From positions 1-64,000 of the forward strand of contig JBFGLM010000005.1 in assembly GCA_041576165.1 (NCBI GenBank): DNA of 64,000 bases. The letters are read 5' to 3'. Position numbers and translations under genes: made by a program. The notes under the pieces are model-generated. The model saw only the letters and a program-made list of their open reading frames with translations. It ran no database searches and was not told where the DNA came from. Shown here piece after piece: positions 51,984-62,078 of the stretch (the stretch's first letter is position 1; each line of letters opens with the position of its first letter). The DNA is from Acidimicrobiia bacterium. Its GTDB lineage: Bacteria; Actinomycetota; Acidimicrobiia; Spongiisociales; Spongiisociaceae.

Positions 51984-54900
51984 ATGTCGGACCTGCGCAT
52001 CCCCGCGCGAATTGCATATCCGGCCGAGCTCCCCATCACCGAGCGGCGCCAGGATCTGCTCGCGGCCATTCGTGACCACCAGGTGGTGATCGTGGCCGGC
52101 GAAACCGGCTCCGGGAAGTCCACCCAGCTCCCGAAGCTGTGCCTGGAACTCGGCCGCGGGGTCAAGGGTCTGATCGGCCACACCCAACCTCGGCGGATCG
52201 CGGCCCGCTCGATCGCCGAACGCATCGCCGAAGAGCTCAACTCAGCAGTAGGGGATCTGGTCGGCTACACCGTCCGCTTCACCGACCGGGTAGGAGACCG
52301 CACGCTCATTCGCGTCATGACCGACGGGATCCTGCTCAACGAAATCCAGCGGAACAAACGCCTGCGACGTTACGACACGATCATCATCGACGAAGCCCAT
52401 GAACGCAGCCTCAACATCGACTTTCTGCTCGGCTACTTGAAGCAGCTGCTCCCGCGGCGCCCCGACCTCAAGCTGATCATCACCTCGGCCACGATCGACA
52501 CGGAACGCTTCGCCGGGCATTTCGACGGGGCCCCCGTGGTCGAGGTTTCGGGTCGCACCTATCCGGTCGAGGTTCGGTACCGGCCTCTGGACGATCCGAA
52601 CCGTCCGGAACCGAAGGACCAGAACCAGGGCATCGTCGACGCGGTCGAGGAGCTGTACACCGAGGGTGACGGCGACATTCTGGTGTTCTGCTCCGGCGAA
52701 CGGGAGATCCGGGACGCAGCCGAGGCGCTGACTGACACTCGGCTACCGCACACCGAGATCCTCCCGCTGTACGGACGGCTTTCGTCTGGTGCCCAGCACC
52801 GGGTGTTCTCACCGGCACGGGGCCGCCGCATCGTGGTGGCCACCAACGTGGCGGAGACGTCCCTCACCGTGCCGGGGATCCGGTATGTAGTGGACGCCGG
52901 CACTGCCCGGATCTCCCGGTACAACCGCCGTACCAAGGTGCAGCGGTTGCCGATCGAACCCATCAGCCGGGCCTCCGCCGACCAGCGGGCCGGGCGGTGC
53001 GGACGCTTGGGGCCGGGCGTCGCGATCCGCCTCTACAGCGAGGATGACTACCTGTCCCGACCCGAATTCACTGAGCCGGAGATCCTGCGGACCAACCTTG
53101 CGTCGGTCATTCTGCAGATGGCGGCGATCGGATTGGGGGAAGTCGAGTCGTTCCCATTTGTGGACGCGCCCGATACCCGTGCGATTCGCGACGGCGTGCA
53201 GTTGCTGGAGGAACTGGCGGCAGTAGAGCGGCGCCACGAGCGGACAGACCGGTGGCTGACCAGCATGGGTCGCCGGCTGGCTCGGCTGCCGCTCGATCCC
53301 CGGCTGGCGCGGATGATTGTCGAAGCCCACGACAATGATTGTCTGCGCGAGGTGTTGATCATCACCTCCGCGCTGGCGATCCAGGATCCCCGCGAGCGCC
53401 CCGTGGAGCAGCGTGAGCAGGCGGACACTTTCCACCGACGCTTCGCCCATCCGGACTCCGATTTTCTCAGCTGGCCTGCGTTGTGGGAACACGTCCAAAC
53501 TCAACAGCGGGCCTTGACGTCGGGCCAGTTCCGGCGCATGTGCCGGGACGAATACCTGCACTACCGTCGAATTCGCGAATGGCAGGACGTGCATGGACAG
53601 CTGCGCGAGGTGGCGAGGGATCTCGGTCTCCGTCGCAACCGGGAACCGGCCGACCCTCACTCCATTCACCGCAGTCTGCTGGCGGGATTGCTGTCCCACC
53701 TCGGACTGAAGGATCCAGACAGTCACGAGTATCGGGGTGCTCGGGGCGCCAGGTTCGCCCTCAGCCCCGGGTCGGTCCTCTTCAAGGCCAACCCACAGTG
53801 GGTGATGGCGGCCGAGCTGGTCGAGACAACCCGGTCGTGGGCGCATATCGTGGCGCGGATAGATCCTGCCTGGGCAGAGAAGGCGGGGGCTCATCTCGTC
53901 AAGCGATCCTATTCCGACCCGTGGTGGGATCCGGACCGGGGGGCGGCGGTCGCGCACGAAACGGTCACCCTCTACGGGTTGCCGCTGGTCGCGGCCCGAA
54001 CGGTGCTGTATCACCGGATAGATCGGGCCGCCGCTCGGCGGTTGTTCATCGAGCATGTGCTGGTGGCCGGTGAATGGGTCAGCCATCATCCGTTCGTTCA
54101 ACACAACGCGGCCATGATCAACGAAGTGCTGGCCATGGAGGCGCGCGGTCGCCGGGCGGACTTGCTCGTCGACGATGCCACGGTGGTGACGTTTTTCGAT
54201 GCGCGAATTCCGCCTGATGTTGCGTCGGTACGCGATTTCGAGAAGTGGTGGAAGGACGCCCGTCACGAGACCCCGGAGCTGCTCCAGCTCAGCCTGGGCG
54301 ATCTCATCGATCCCGCCGCCGAGCTGCTGGACGAGGACTCATTCCCGACTGTCTGGCGCTACGGGGACATCGAGCTGCCGGTGGCGTACGAGTTTGACCC
54401 GGCGAGCGAGACCGACGGCGTGACAATCGATGTACCGGTCGCCGTCCTCGAGCGGCTCGATCCGTCGACATTCGAATGGCAGGTACCGGGCCTGCGCGCC
54501 GAGCTCGTGGAATCGCTGGTCCGTTCGCTGCCCAAGAAGATCCGAAAACACCTGGTGCCGATCCCCGACACCGCCCGGGAACTAGTGGCACATCTCGACC
54601 CGGCCACGGACGGTGGCCTCGTCGAGGCGCTGCGGCGCGAGGTCACACGCCGGACCGGCATCGCGGTGCTACCCGACTCGTTTGACATGGCGAACCTGCC
54701 GCATCATCTCAAACCGCGATTTCGGGTGCTCGACGGCACCGAGCGGTGTGTGGCCGAAGGAGACGATCTAGCGGCGCTCCGCCGGGCGCTGAGAGACGAC
54801 GCTCGGGCGGCGATTGCGGAGTCCGGTCATCCCCTCGAGCGGAGCGGTCTCACCGACTGGAGTGTCGACCGGCTGCCTTCCGCTGTCGATTTGGGCACCG

Positions 54901-55706
54901 GACCGAGCGCAGCTACCGCCTTTCCGGCCCTGGTCGACGAGGGAGATTCGGTGGCGGTTCGGCTGTTCGCAACTGCTGAAGAACAGTCAATGGAGATGTG
55001 GGAGGGGCTGCGCCGTCTGCTGATCCTCCAGCTCCCGTCGCCCGCTCTGCTGCTCCGTTCACTTCTGACCAACGAGGTGAAGCTGGCACTGGCCGCCGGC
55101 CCCTACGCCTCATCGGCCGAGTGGATCGAGGATGTTCAAGCTGCCGCCGTCGGAGCCCTCATGAGGGAGAGTCGTGCTCCTGTGTGGGACAGGCCCGGGT
55201 TCGAGCGGTTGCTCCGTCGCGTGCGAGACGCTGTCGGTGACCGCATGATCGTGATCGGGCGCACCGCGGCGCAAGCCCTGATCGTTCTCCAGGATGTTCT
55301 CACGTCTCTCGACGGAGCGCTGGGATCTGCGTTCCCAGAGGCGGCGGACGACATCCGCGGCCAGCTGGACCGGTTCATCTATCCGGGTTTCGTGAGTGGC
55401 GTTGGCGCCGGGCGGCTCGAAGACGTTGTGCGTTATCTGCGGGCGATCGCGCGCAGGCTCCAGCGTCTGCCCGACGATCCCGGCAGGGACCGCGCCCTGA
55501 TGGCCCGGGTTCAGACGCTCGAGGAGCGGCATGACGAACTGATGGACCAATTGCCGTGGTCGAGCGAGATGATCGAGATCGGCTGGTTACTGCAGGAACT
55601 CAGGGTGAGCCTCTTCGCCCAACATCTCGGTGTGAAGGGACCGGTGAGCGAGAAGCGGGTGGGCCAAGCCCTCGATCGCCTGGTCGGTCTCGAGTTGCCA
55701 CGATGA
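51984..55706 (+). CDS. hrpA: ATP-dependent RNA helicase HrpA
   Basis: GETGSGKST, DEAH, SAT, QRAGRCGR, C-terminal ELRVSLFAQ. Confidence 0.97.
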   Translation: MSDLRIPARIAYPAELPITERRQDLLAAIRDHQVVIVAGETGSGKSTQLPKLCLELGRGVKGLIGHTQPRRIAARSIAERIAEELNSAVGDLVGYTVRFTDRVGDRTLIRVMTDGILLNEIQRNKRLRRYDTIIIDEAHERSLNIDFLLGYLKQLLPRRPDLKLIITSATIDTERFAGHFDGAPVVEVSGRTYPVEVRYRPLDDPNRPEPKDQNQGIVDAVEELYTEGDGDILVFCSGEREIRDAAEALTDTRLPHTEILPLYGRLSSGAQHRVFSPARGRRIVVATNVAETSLTVPGIRYVVDAGTARISRYNRRTKVQRLPIEPISRASADQRAGRCGRLGPGVAIRLYSEDDYLSRPEFTEPEILRTNLASVILQMAAIGLGEVESFPFVDAPDTRAIRDGVQLLEELAAVERRHERTDRWLTSMGRRLARLPLDPRLARMIVEAHDNDCLREVLIITSALAIQDPRERPVEQREQADTFHRRFAHPDSDFLSWPALWEHVQTQQRALTSGQFRRMCRDEYLHYRRIREWQDVHGQLREVARDLGLRRNREPADPHSIHRSLLAGLLSHLGLKDPDSHEYRGARGARFALSPGSVLFKANPQWVMAAELVETTRSWAHIVARIDPAWAEKAGAHLVKRSYSDPWWDPDRGAAVAHETVTLYGLPLVAARTVLYHRIDRAAARRLFIEHVLVAGEWVSHHPFVQHNAAMINEVLAMEARGRRADLLVDDATVVTFFDARIPPDVASVRDFEKWWKDARHETPELLQLSLGDLIDPAAELLDEDSFPTVWRYGDIELPVAYEFDPASETDGVTIDVPVAVLERLDPSTFEWQVPGLRAELVESLVRSLPKKIRKHLVPIPDTARELVAHLDPATDGGLVEALRREVTRRTGIAVLPDSFDMANLPHHLKPRFRVLDGTERCVAEGDDLAALRRALRDDARAAIAESGHPLERSGLTDWSVDRLPSAVDLGTGPSAATAFPALVDEGDSVAVRLFATAEEQSMEMWEGLRRLLILQLPSPALLLRSLLTNEVKLALAAGPYASSAEWIEDVQAAAVGALMRESRAPVWDRPGFERLLRRVRDAVGDRMIVIGRTAAQALIVLQDVLTSLDGALGSAFPEAADDIRGQLDRFIYPGFVSGVGAGRLEDVVRYLRAIARRLQRLPDDPGRDRALMARVQTLEERHDELMDQLPWSSEMIEIGWLLQELRVSLFAQHLGVKGPVSEKRVGQALDRLVGLELPR

Positions 55707-55750
55707 CCGTCAGGACCGCGACGGGCGTGGACGCGGCCACGATGCGGCGC

Positions 55751-56479
55751 CTACTCCAGGAGACGTTTCCGCAACCGGTCGATATCGCCGGGCAATGCAC
55801 CGGACTCCAAGAGCATCTGCTCGAGTGAGCCGAACTGGGTGCGGAGACCGAGCAACGTCAAACGCATCGCCTCGGGGGCGGGGCGATAGGCCGCGACGCT
55901 CGGTGCCGCCTGCAGCTCGGGGTGGTCGGGGAGGTGGCGGGCGAACCACTCACCGGTGGCGGCAAAGTCCCGCACGACGGTCTCATCGCCCACCCCCACG
56001 AGGCTCTGAATGATCGCCGCAACCAGGCCGGTGCGGTCCTTGCCCGACCAGCAGTGCACGACGGTCGGTCCCAGGGCTGGGTCCGCCAGCAGCTGCACCA
56101 GCTCGGCCAGGCGGTATCGGCCTTGCTGCAGCGTGCTTGCCACGTAACGGCGGGCGAGTTCGGGCGGCTGCCAGCTCTCATCGGTCGCCACCGCGCCGAG
56201 TGGCCGGGGCCGTAGTGCGGAGAAATAGGGGATGTGAAACTGGCGCAGTCCCTGCTGCCATTGGGAGAGCTCGGACTGCCCGGCCTTGTCTCGTTCTGCG
56301 TCGGTGCGCAGATCAACCACGGTTCGGACGCCCAGCTTCTCCACCAGACGCAGTGCATGAGCCTGATCGAGATGATCCAGGCGGCCCGACCGGTAGATGA
56401 GCCCTGCCCGCATTACCGAACCGTCGACCGTCACATGGCCGCCCATGTCACGGAAGTTGATCAAACCTCGGTAGGTCAG
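55751..56479 (-). CDS. Tyrosine/dual-specificity phosphatase (IphP-like); start uncertain
   Basis: NFRDMGG, IYRSG, VVDLRT, HCWSGKDRTG (Cx5R). Confidence 0.85.
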   Translation of the reverse strand: MTYRGLINFRDMGGHVTVDGSVMRAGLIYRSGRLDHLDQAHALRLVEKLGVRTVVDLRTDAERDKAGQSELSQWQQGLRQFHIPYFSALRPRPLGAVATDESWQPPELARRYVASTLQQGRYRLAELVQLLADPALGPTVVHCWSGKDRTGLVAAIIQSLVGVGDETVVRDFAATGEWFARHLPDHPELQAAPSVAAYRPAPEAMRLTLLGLRTQFGSLEQMLLESGALPGDIDRLRKRLLE

Positions 56480-56584
56480 CGGCGGCTCCTTCCACGTTCT
56501 GGACTCTACCGCCGGCTGAAACCGGCGCCACTGCGGGTCGATCCCCGGTACACTGGCGACACGCCAGAGGCCGAGGAGCATGCG

Positions 56585-57007
56585 ATGGTGATGTTGCACG
56601 AGACGACCGACACGACGGCGACCACTCGTGTCCGGCCCCGATGGCGGACTTTCTCCGATGCCTCCGGGCGGATGACCCTCGGCTCTACGCTGGCGCTCGT
56701 TGCGTTGTGGGTAGCTGCAATCGGCATCCTCGAGGCGATTGCTCCGACGCCGGATCCCGATGCAGTGCTGTCGACTTGGGACCTGACGCTTTCGCTCGTC
56801 TATACGTTCGCGATCATGGGTGCGGCGATCGGGCTGCTCATGCGAACCCGGTTCGGCGCGATGGCGAGCGTGGCCGGTGGCGCGGTCATGGTGACGGGCA
56901 GCCTGTGGTGTTGGGCTGGCGGCCACATCGGCTCCTGGATCACGGTGCAGTTCGTGGCCGGGCTGGCCCTGGCGGGGCTCTCGACCATCTTCCTGCAACG
57001 GTCCTGA
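56585..57007 (+). CDS. Hypothetical membrane protein (4 TM)
   Basis: GAGGAG RBS; four hydrophobic helices. Confidence 0.75.
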   Translation: MVMLHETTDTTATTRVRPRWRTFSDASGRMTLGSTLALVALWVAAIGILEAIAPTPDPDAVLSTWDLTLSLVYTFAIMGAAIGLLMRTRFGAMASVAGGAVMVTGSLWCWAGGHIGSWITVQFVAGLALAGLSTIFLQRS

Positions 57008-57101
57008 CAACCGGTTTCGTTGAGACGGGCGGCCGCCGGTCGCCCGTCTTGTGTGTTCAGCCCGCGGTTCGAGTGCTCGAGATCAGCGGTAACCTTGCCA
57101 T

Positions 57102-58112
57102 ATGACGGAATTGGTGCGCGACACCCTCGGGCGGCCGTTGCGGGATCTCCGAATCTCGGTCACCGACCGCTGCAACTTTCGCTGCAGCTACTGCATGCCA
57201 GCGGAGATCTTCAACCGTGAATACGAGTTTCTGAAGCGCGATCTGCTGCTCAGTTTTGAAGAGATCACTCGCGTCGCGAGAGCCTTCGTCTCCCACGGTG
57301 TCACCAAGATCCGTCTCACGGGCGGCGAACCACTCATGCGCCGGGGCATCGAGAACCTGATCGAGATGCTCGCCGTGATCGAAGGCCTCGACCTGACACT
57401 CACTACGAACGGTTCGCTGCTGGCACGCAAAGCACCGGCCCTGGCGGCCGCCGGGCTCAAACGGGTGACGGTCAGCCTCGACTCGATGGACGACGAGGTA
57501 TTCATGGCGATGAACGACGTCGGGTTCCCGGTGGCCGACGTGTTGGCCGGTATCGACGCCGCGGCCGAGGCCGGGATCGGGCCGATCAAGATCAACGCCG
57601 TCGTCAAACGAGGCGTAAACGATCACACCGTCGTGGACATGGCTCGCCATTTCAAAGGGACCGGGTACATCCTGCGTTTCATCGAGTACATGGATGTGGG
57701 AGTTACCAACGGCTGGCGGCTGGACGATGTGGTGCCGGCGGCTCAGGTCGTCGAGGCGATCAACCGCGAGCTGCCGCTCGAACCAGTGGAACCCAACTAC
57801 CACGGCGAGGTGGCCCGGCGGTGGAGGTACACCGACGGCAGCGGTGAAATCGGTGTCATCGCATCAGTCACCCAGCCGTTCTGCGGCGACTGCACCCGCG
57901 CGCGGATTTCTGCCGAGGGCACCCTCTATACCTGCCTGTTTGCGTCGCGCGGCGTCGACCTCCGCGACGCGTTGCGGTCCGGCGCCAGCGACGTCGACTT
58001 AGCGGAACTCGTCGGATGCGTGTGGGCGGCACGAACCGATCGCTACTCGGAGATCCGCTCGGAGCAAACGATCGGAATGCCGAAAGTAGAGATGAGCTAC
58101 ATCGGGGGGTAG
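57102..58112 (+). CDS. moaA: GTP 3',8-cyclase (molybdenum cofactor biosynthesis)
   Basis: [26 protein letters not shown]…TCLF, terminal MSYIGG. Confidence 0.97.
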   Translation: MTELVRDTLGRPLRDLRISVTDRCNFRCSYCMPAEIFNREYEFLKRDLLLSFEEITRVARAFVSHGVTKIRLTGGEPLMRRGIENLIEMLAVIEGLDLTLTTNGSLLARKAPALAAAGLKRVTVSLDSMDDEVFMAMNDVGFPVADVLAGIDAAAEAGIGPIKINAVVKRGVNDHTVVDMARHFKGTGYILRFIEYMDVGVTNGWRLDDVVPAAQVVEAINRELPLEPVEPNYHGEVARRWRYTDGSGEIGVIASVTQPFCGDCTRARISAEGTLYTCLFASRGVDLRDALRSGASDVDLAELVGCVWAARTDRYSEIRSEQTIGMPKVEMSYIGG

Positions 58113-58194
58113 CGCCGGTTGGAGGTCCCGGATCGGCGAAAACGCGATCAGGTGCGCTTCACGTTCCGCGAGGATTCCGCCGGAACATCCAGCG

Positions 58195-58390
58195 CGGCGT
58201 GGATCGCCGCCCGGCGTTCGGAGTTGCACCAACCGCAGCCACACCCAAACTGGCCGTACTGGCCCGACTCGCCGACCAGAAAAGCTGGCGGATCGTCCTG
58301 GTGGGGGACCCGCGCCCGTTCGCGGCGGTGCAACGAGGCGGCATGTTCGCCCACCTCGTCGAAATGTATGGCGGCGTCGAACTCGACCGG
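58195..58390 (+). pseudogene. Fragment of MobF/TrwC relaxase-helicase (AAA_30 domain)
   Basis: FGVAPTA and TPKLAVLARLA…WRIVLVGDPRPFAAVQRGGMFAHLV motifs; no start codon; the intervening Walker B segment is missing. Confidence 0.7.
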
Positions 58391-58454
58391 AGGACGAGAC
58401 AGCAACCACGCCGACGCCGTCGTTCGCTCCGCCGACTGCACGTCATCCGTGCCG

Positions 58455-58640
58455 TCAGGTCGTGCGTCGTGCTCGCTTACGCTTGGCCAAGTCTTGTTCG
58501 CTTGGCTTTCTGTACTCGATACATTCGCACTTCGGGACCGAGCAGCCGAAGTCGGGAAATCGATGCTCGTTGCGGGGGTGCCCGCATTCCAGGCAGCGTT
58601 GTCGTCTGCCATCGATCGGCGGGGTGGCTTCAGACTTCAA
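58455..58640 (-). CDS. Small Cys/His-rich putative zinc-binding protein
   Basis: CxxCxHxxxxH…CxxxxCxC in 61 aa with a basic tail. Confidence 0.55.
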   Translation of the reverse strand: MKSEATPPIDGRRQRCLECGHPRNEHRFPDFGCSVPKCECIEYRKPSEQDLAKRKRARRTT

Positions 58641-58901
58641 AGTGCATCACCAGCCGGGTTTGTCCGCTCGGGTCCGGCGGCGTGGAGGCGCCGGGGATCA
58701 CTCATCGCCGTCGGGACGGCGCCTGTGGCGACGGTCCTTGCCGTTCTCCTTCTTCACCGGACGTCCGATGTTGTGGGCGTGGGCGAGATGGATGGCCATC
58801 TCGTCGCTCCGCGCTTGCATCGAACAGCGGGGCGAGCGGCCCAAAGAGGTCCACAGGCCGAGCCTCGTCGGTTGCCGTTCGCTGTTCGGTTTCGGCGGTC
58901 A

Positions 58902-59156
58902 TCAGGACCTGGTGGGGCGGGGTCGAGCCTTGTTGACCGTGAGGCGCCGACCGTTGATTTCGTGACCGTCGAGCTGTCCGACGGCCTTGCCGGCGAGCGC
59001 CTCGTCGGCGAGCTCGACGAAGCCGAACCCGCGTGAGCGACCTGTGTCACGGTCGGTGATCACCGAGGCCGAGGCGATCGTCCCGTAGTCGGCGAACAGA
59101 GCGCGCAGGTCCCCTTCGGTTGCGTCGAACGGGAGGTTTCCTACGTAGATGTTCAT
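58902..59156 (-). CDS. RRM (RNP-1) RNA-binding protein
   Basis: RNP2 IYVGNL; RNP1 RGFGFVEL; 84 aa; GAGG RBS. Confidence 0.95.
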   Translation of the reverse strand: MNIYVGNLPFDATEGDLRALFADYGTIASASVITDRDTGRSRGFGFVELADEALAGKAVGQLDGHEINGRRLTVNKARPRPTRS

Positions 59157-59297
59157 GGCGACTGCCTCTCTGCAGCACGAAGAGCGGTCCTGCTCCTCTG
59201 GGTCAGTTGTTCCGGTACCGACTCTGCTGCAGTCCGGTCCGTGAACGAGGAGAGAGTGTGAGTCGCCGCCGAAGCAGCTGAAGCCAGCGTACCAGGT
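59119..59297 (-). repeat. Copy 1 of a ~180 bp duplicated leader plus first 13 codons
   Basis: Aligns with 60192-60367; shares the identical core ttgttccggtaccgactctgctgcagtccggtccgtg. Confidence 0.9.
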
Positions 59298-59413
59298 ATT
59301 GCGTCGACCGAATCGCTCAGGCCGCTGCTGCGCTGTCGAGCACCTCACGAGCATCGCAGTCGACACCGGGTAGTGGTCGAGGCCGAGGCACATTGGCCGC
59401 ACTGTGCGACGGG

Positions 59414-60229
59414 TCATGGCTTCCCGCTGACTGTCCAGGCCCGAGCGGAAAGGCGGATCGATCCATCGTGGGACAGTGGGATGGTCGATCTGAGGTGTGC
59501 TTCGAGGCGGGCTCGTTGCGAATCGCCGAGGGTGGCGACGTAGCCTGGCGCCGGTCCCTGCCCGGCCAGGAACGGGGTCCAGTAGTCGTTGAAACCGGTG
59601 AAGCGGGTGTCGACGGTCAGCTCTCCTGTATGTACGGCCGACAAGCCTGCCCGGCCAAAGAGGTCGGCCAGGCGCTCGGGACGACAGATGGGGAACCGGA
59701 CACCCTCGTCGAGGCTGCTTGCTGCTGGGTCCAACGCGACAGCGGCATCCCAGAAGTACCTCAGGAACTCCGTTCCGTCGGCGTAGTCCCAGACATAGGC
59801 GGCGATCGACCCACCAGGGCGAAGCACGCGCTTCCATTCCACAACGGCTGCCAGAGGATCGGGGATGAAGTTGAGGACGAGTCCGCTGGTGACCACGTCG
59901 AACGTGGCGTCACCAAAGGGCAGCTCTTCGCCGCCGGCAACCCGGACGTCTGCCTGCTCCCCGAGCCGGGCGCTGGCGACCTCAACGAACTCCTCGGACG
60001 GGTCCACACCGACGGCCTCCTCGGGAGAGCACACGTTGGTGACCGCGTGAAGCAGCGCCCCGGTACCACACCCTATGTCCAGCCAGCGAAGGCCCCCAGG
60101 AACGCTCATCGCTCGAACGAACCTGTCGGCGATCAGTCGACTCCATCGACCCATGAACGCTTCGTATGCGCCACCGCCGTCCCAGCGATCCGTTGCGTCG
60201 AATGGGTGCTTTCCGTCGTTGATCGTCAT
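59414..60229 (-). CDS. Class I SAM-dependent methyltransferase
   Basis: YEAFMGRWS, WLDIGCGTG, GVDPS, LPF, FD, RVLRPGG. Confidence 0.92.
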   Translation of the reverse strand: MTINDGKHPFDATDRWDGGGAYEAFMGRWSRLIADRFVRAMSVPGGLRWLDIGCGTGALLHAVTNVCSPEEAVGVDPSEEFVEVASARLGEQADVRVAGGEELPFGDATFDVVTSGLVLNFIPDPLAAVVEWKRVLRPGGSIAAYVWDYADGTEFLRYFWDAAVALDPAASSLDEGVRFPICRPERLADLFGRAGLSAVHTGELTVDTRFTGFNDYWTPFLAGQGPAPGYVATLGDSQRARLEAHLRSTIPLSHDGSIRLSARAWTVSGKP

Positions 60230-60367
60230 TGCGACCCGCCTCCCTGAGCGAGGAGCAGTCCCGCTCTCTGGTTCGTTTGTTCCGGTACCGACTCTGCTGC
60301 AGTCCGGTCCGTGGACGAGGAGTGAGTGTGAGCCGCCGCTGAAGGGGCCGACGCCAGCGTACCGGGT
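60192..60367 (-). repeat. Copy 2 of the duplicated leader plus first 13 codons
   Basis: Aligns with 59119-59297. Confidence 0.9.
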
Positions 60368-60479
60368 GACGCTGCGGAGCCGGCCGGCTTCATTCGGGTG
60401 GGGAAACTGCCCCACCATCAGATCCCCGGCAACCGCTCCGATGGGATGGGCGGGATTGGAGGTGATGACTCCTGCGACG

Positions 60480-60960
60480 AAATGATGTTCGAGGTGTGAT
60501 AGGCGGCATGGCCTTCTGGCTCTTCGACCAGGGTGTAGCCGATGCGCCCATGCCGGAGGTCCTTGATGCTACGGCTGCGGGTGTCGAGGAAACGGCGAGG
60601 GCCCGCGCTGGGGCGTGACTTTGCGGGCCCACGCCGCAGCGTTGACGAGCTTCTCCAGCGGTGCACCGCGGTGTGGCGATCCGATGGTGACGACGTCGCT
60701 CGCAGCTTCGATCCAGCAGTGCCCGGCTCGGCCCGGCGGCTGCACAGGCGCATCTGATCGACCAGGCCACCCATCGAGTGGCCGACGAGCGCTACGGACC
60801 GGGCCCGTTGTGGCCAGCGGGCGTGGACCGCCTCGAGGAGCGAGGCGAGTCGTGCCCGATTGGTCTCGACCGAATGTCCTGTGTTGTAGCGGACCGCAAC
60901 CGGCGTGAGCACAGGATCGTCCTCGAGTGCGCGCATGAGCCGCCACCCGTTAGTTCCGAT
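60480..60960 (-). pseudogene. Frameshifted PGAP1/lipase-like alpha/beta hydrolase
   Basis: VRYNTG and LVGHSMGGLV in one frame, VVTIGSPHRGAPLEK in a second, RSRSIKDLRHG back in the first; boundaries approximate. Confidence 0.75.
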
Positions 60961-61322
60961 CCGGTTCGCCCACCCGGCCCGACGAGCCGCTATTGACGAA
61001 CACCACGGACGTCTGGGCGCGGCATGACAACGGGGGATCGCGATCCTGAACCCCAAACCCAGAGAGGGTCGCGAGCGCAATGCAGAGAACGCCGCACGCC
61101 AGCCAACCCGCACGGATCACTTATGGTCGGCGGGCGCGAAACCCAGTGAAACGCAATGACGGTTTCACGGTCAGTTTCGTGACGACGCACACCTCCCGAG
61201 CACCGCAGCACTGTTGATCTGTCGTAACTGGTGACCGTTGCCCCTGGCCCCGGTCGTGTCCGAGGATCATTCTTCAAGGAGCGACGTATTGGCGTCGAAC
61301 CGCGCGCCGTCAGGAGGATGTG

Positions 61323-62078
61323 ATGACGACGTTGTCAACCAAGGAACCGCCGGCCACGACTACACAGCCGCAGCCGGCCACCTATCGCAAGCTGGCCATC
61401 ATGGTCGGCGGCTTCTTCATCATTGGCACCGTTGCTGGTGTCTTGAGCGTCGTGGTGGGGGACACAGTGCTCGGCGAAGCCAACGTGCTCGGCGCGGCGG
61501 CCGCAGACGAGACATCGCTCGTAGCCGGCGCGCTCCTGGTCTTAGCCATGGGGTTTCCGTTGGCGATGGTCCCGGTGTTGTTGTACCCGTTGTTCCGGCG
61601 CTACAACCAGATTCTGGCCATGGGTGCTGTCCTGTTCCGAGGAGTACTCGAAGCCGTTGCATATATGGCTCTTGCCGCGCTCATGCTCGTAACCGCCGCA
61701 GTCGGGCGGGAATACGCAGCAGCCGGCTCGCCGACCGATTCGCACTTCGACCTGTGGGGCGGGGTGCTCTTGGAGGCGATGGACTGGGTAGAGGTGCTTG
61801 TGGCGATGGTCTTCAGCCTCGGGGCGATGATGCTGGGCTGGTTGTTCTACCGTACGAGGATCATTCCCCGCTGGCTTGCGCTGTGGGGATTCTTCGGCGC
61901 CATCCTCTACTTCGTGGCGCCCCTGATCGTGATGTTCGACATCCAGAACCTCGAGCTGTCGTTGACCACGTCGATGGGCTGGCTGCTCGCTCCCTTGGCG
62001 ATCCAGGAGATGCTGTTCGCCGTGTGGCTCATCGTGAAGGGGTTTGAGAAGAAACCGGTTCAACAACTGATGCAGTGA
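61323..62078 (+). CDS. DUF4386-like polytopic membrane protein
   Basis: VLLYPLFRR, FRGVLE, FYRTRIIPRWLALWG, EMLFAVWLIVKGF. Confidence 0.85.
   Translation: MTTLSTKEPPATTTQPQPATYRKLAIMVGGFFIIGTVAGVLSVVVGDTVLGEANVLGAAAADETSLVAGALLVLAMGFPLAMVPVLLYPLFRRYNQILAMGAVLFRGVLEAVAYMALAALMLVTAAVGREYAAAGSPTDSHFDLWGGVLLEAMDWVEVLVAMVFSLGAMMLGWLFYRTRIIPRWLALWGFFGAILYFVAPLIVMFDIQNLELSLTTSMGWLLAPLAIQEMLFAVWLIVKGFEKKPVQQLMQ

Noticed and set aside
57010-57101. Possible Moco riboswitch upstream of moaA
   Set aside because: The intergenic region is short and lacks the recognisable conserved motif
58902-60418. Long N-terminal extensions of the RRM (311 aa) and methyltransferase (334 aa) ORFs sharing the peptide HSLLVHGPDCSRVGTGT
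   Set aside because: The shared peptide is a translation of the duplicated leader; RBS-backed ATGs at 59156 and 60229 match the expected starts
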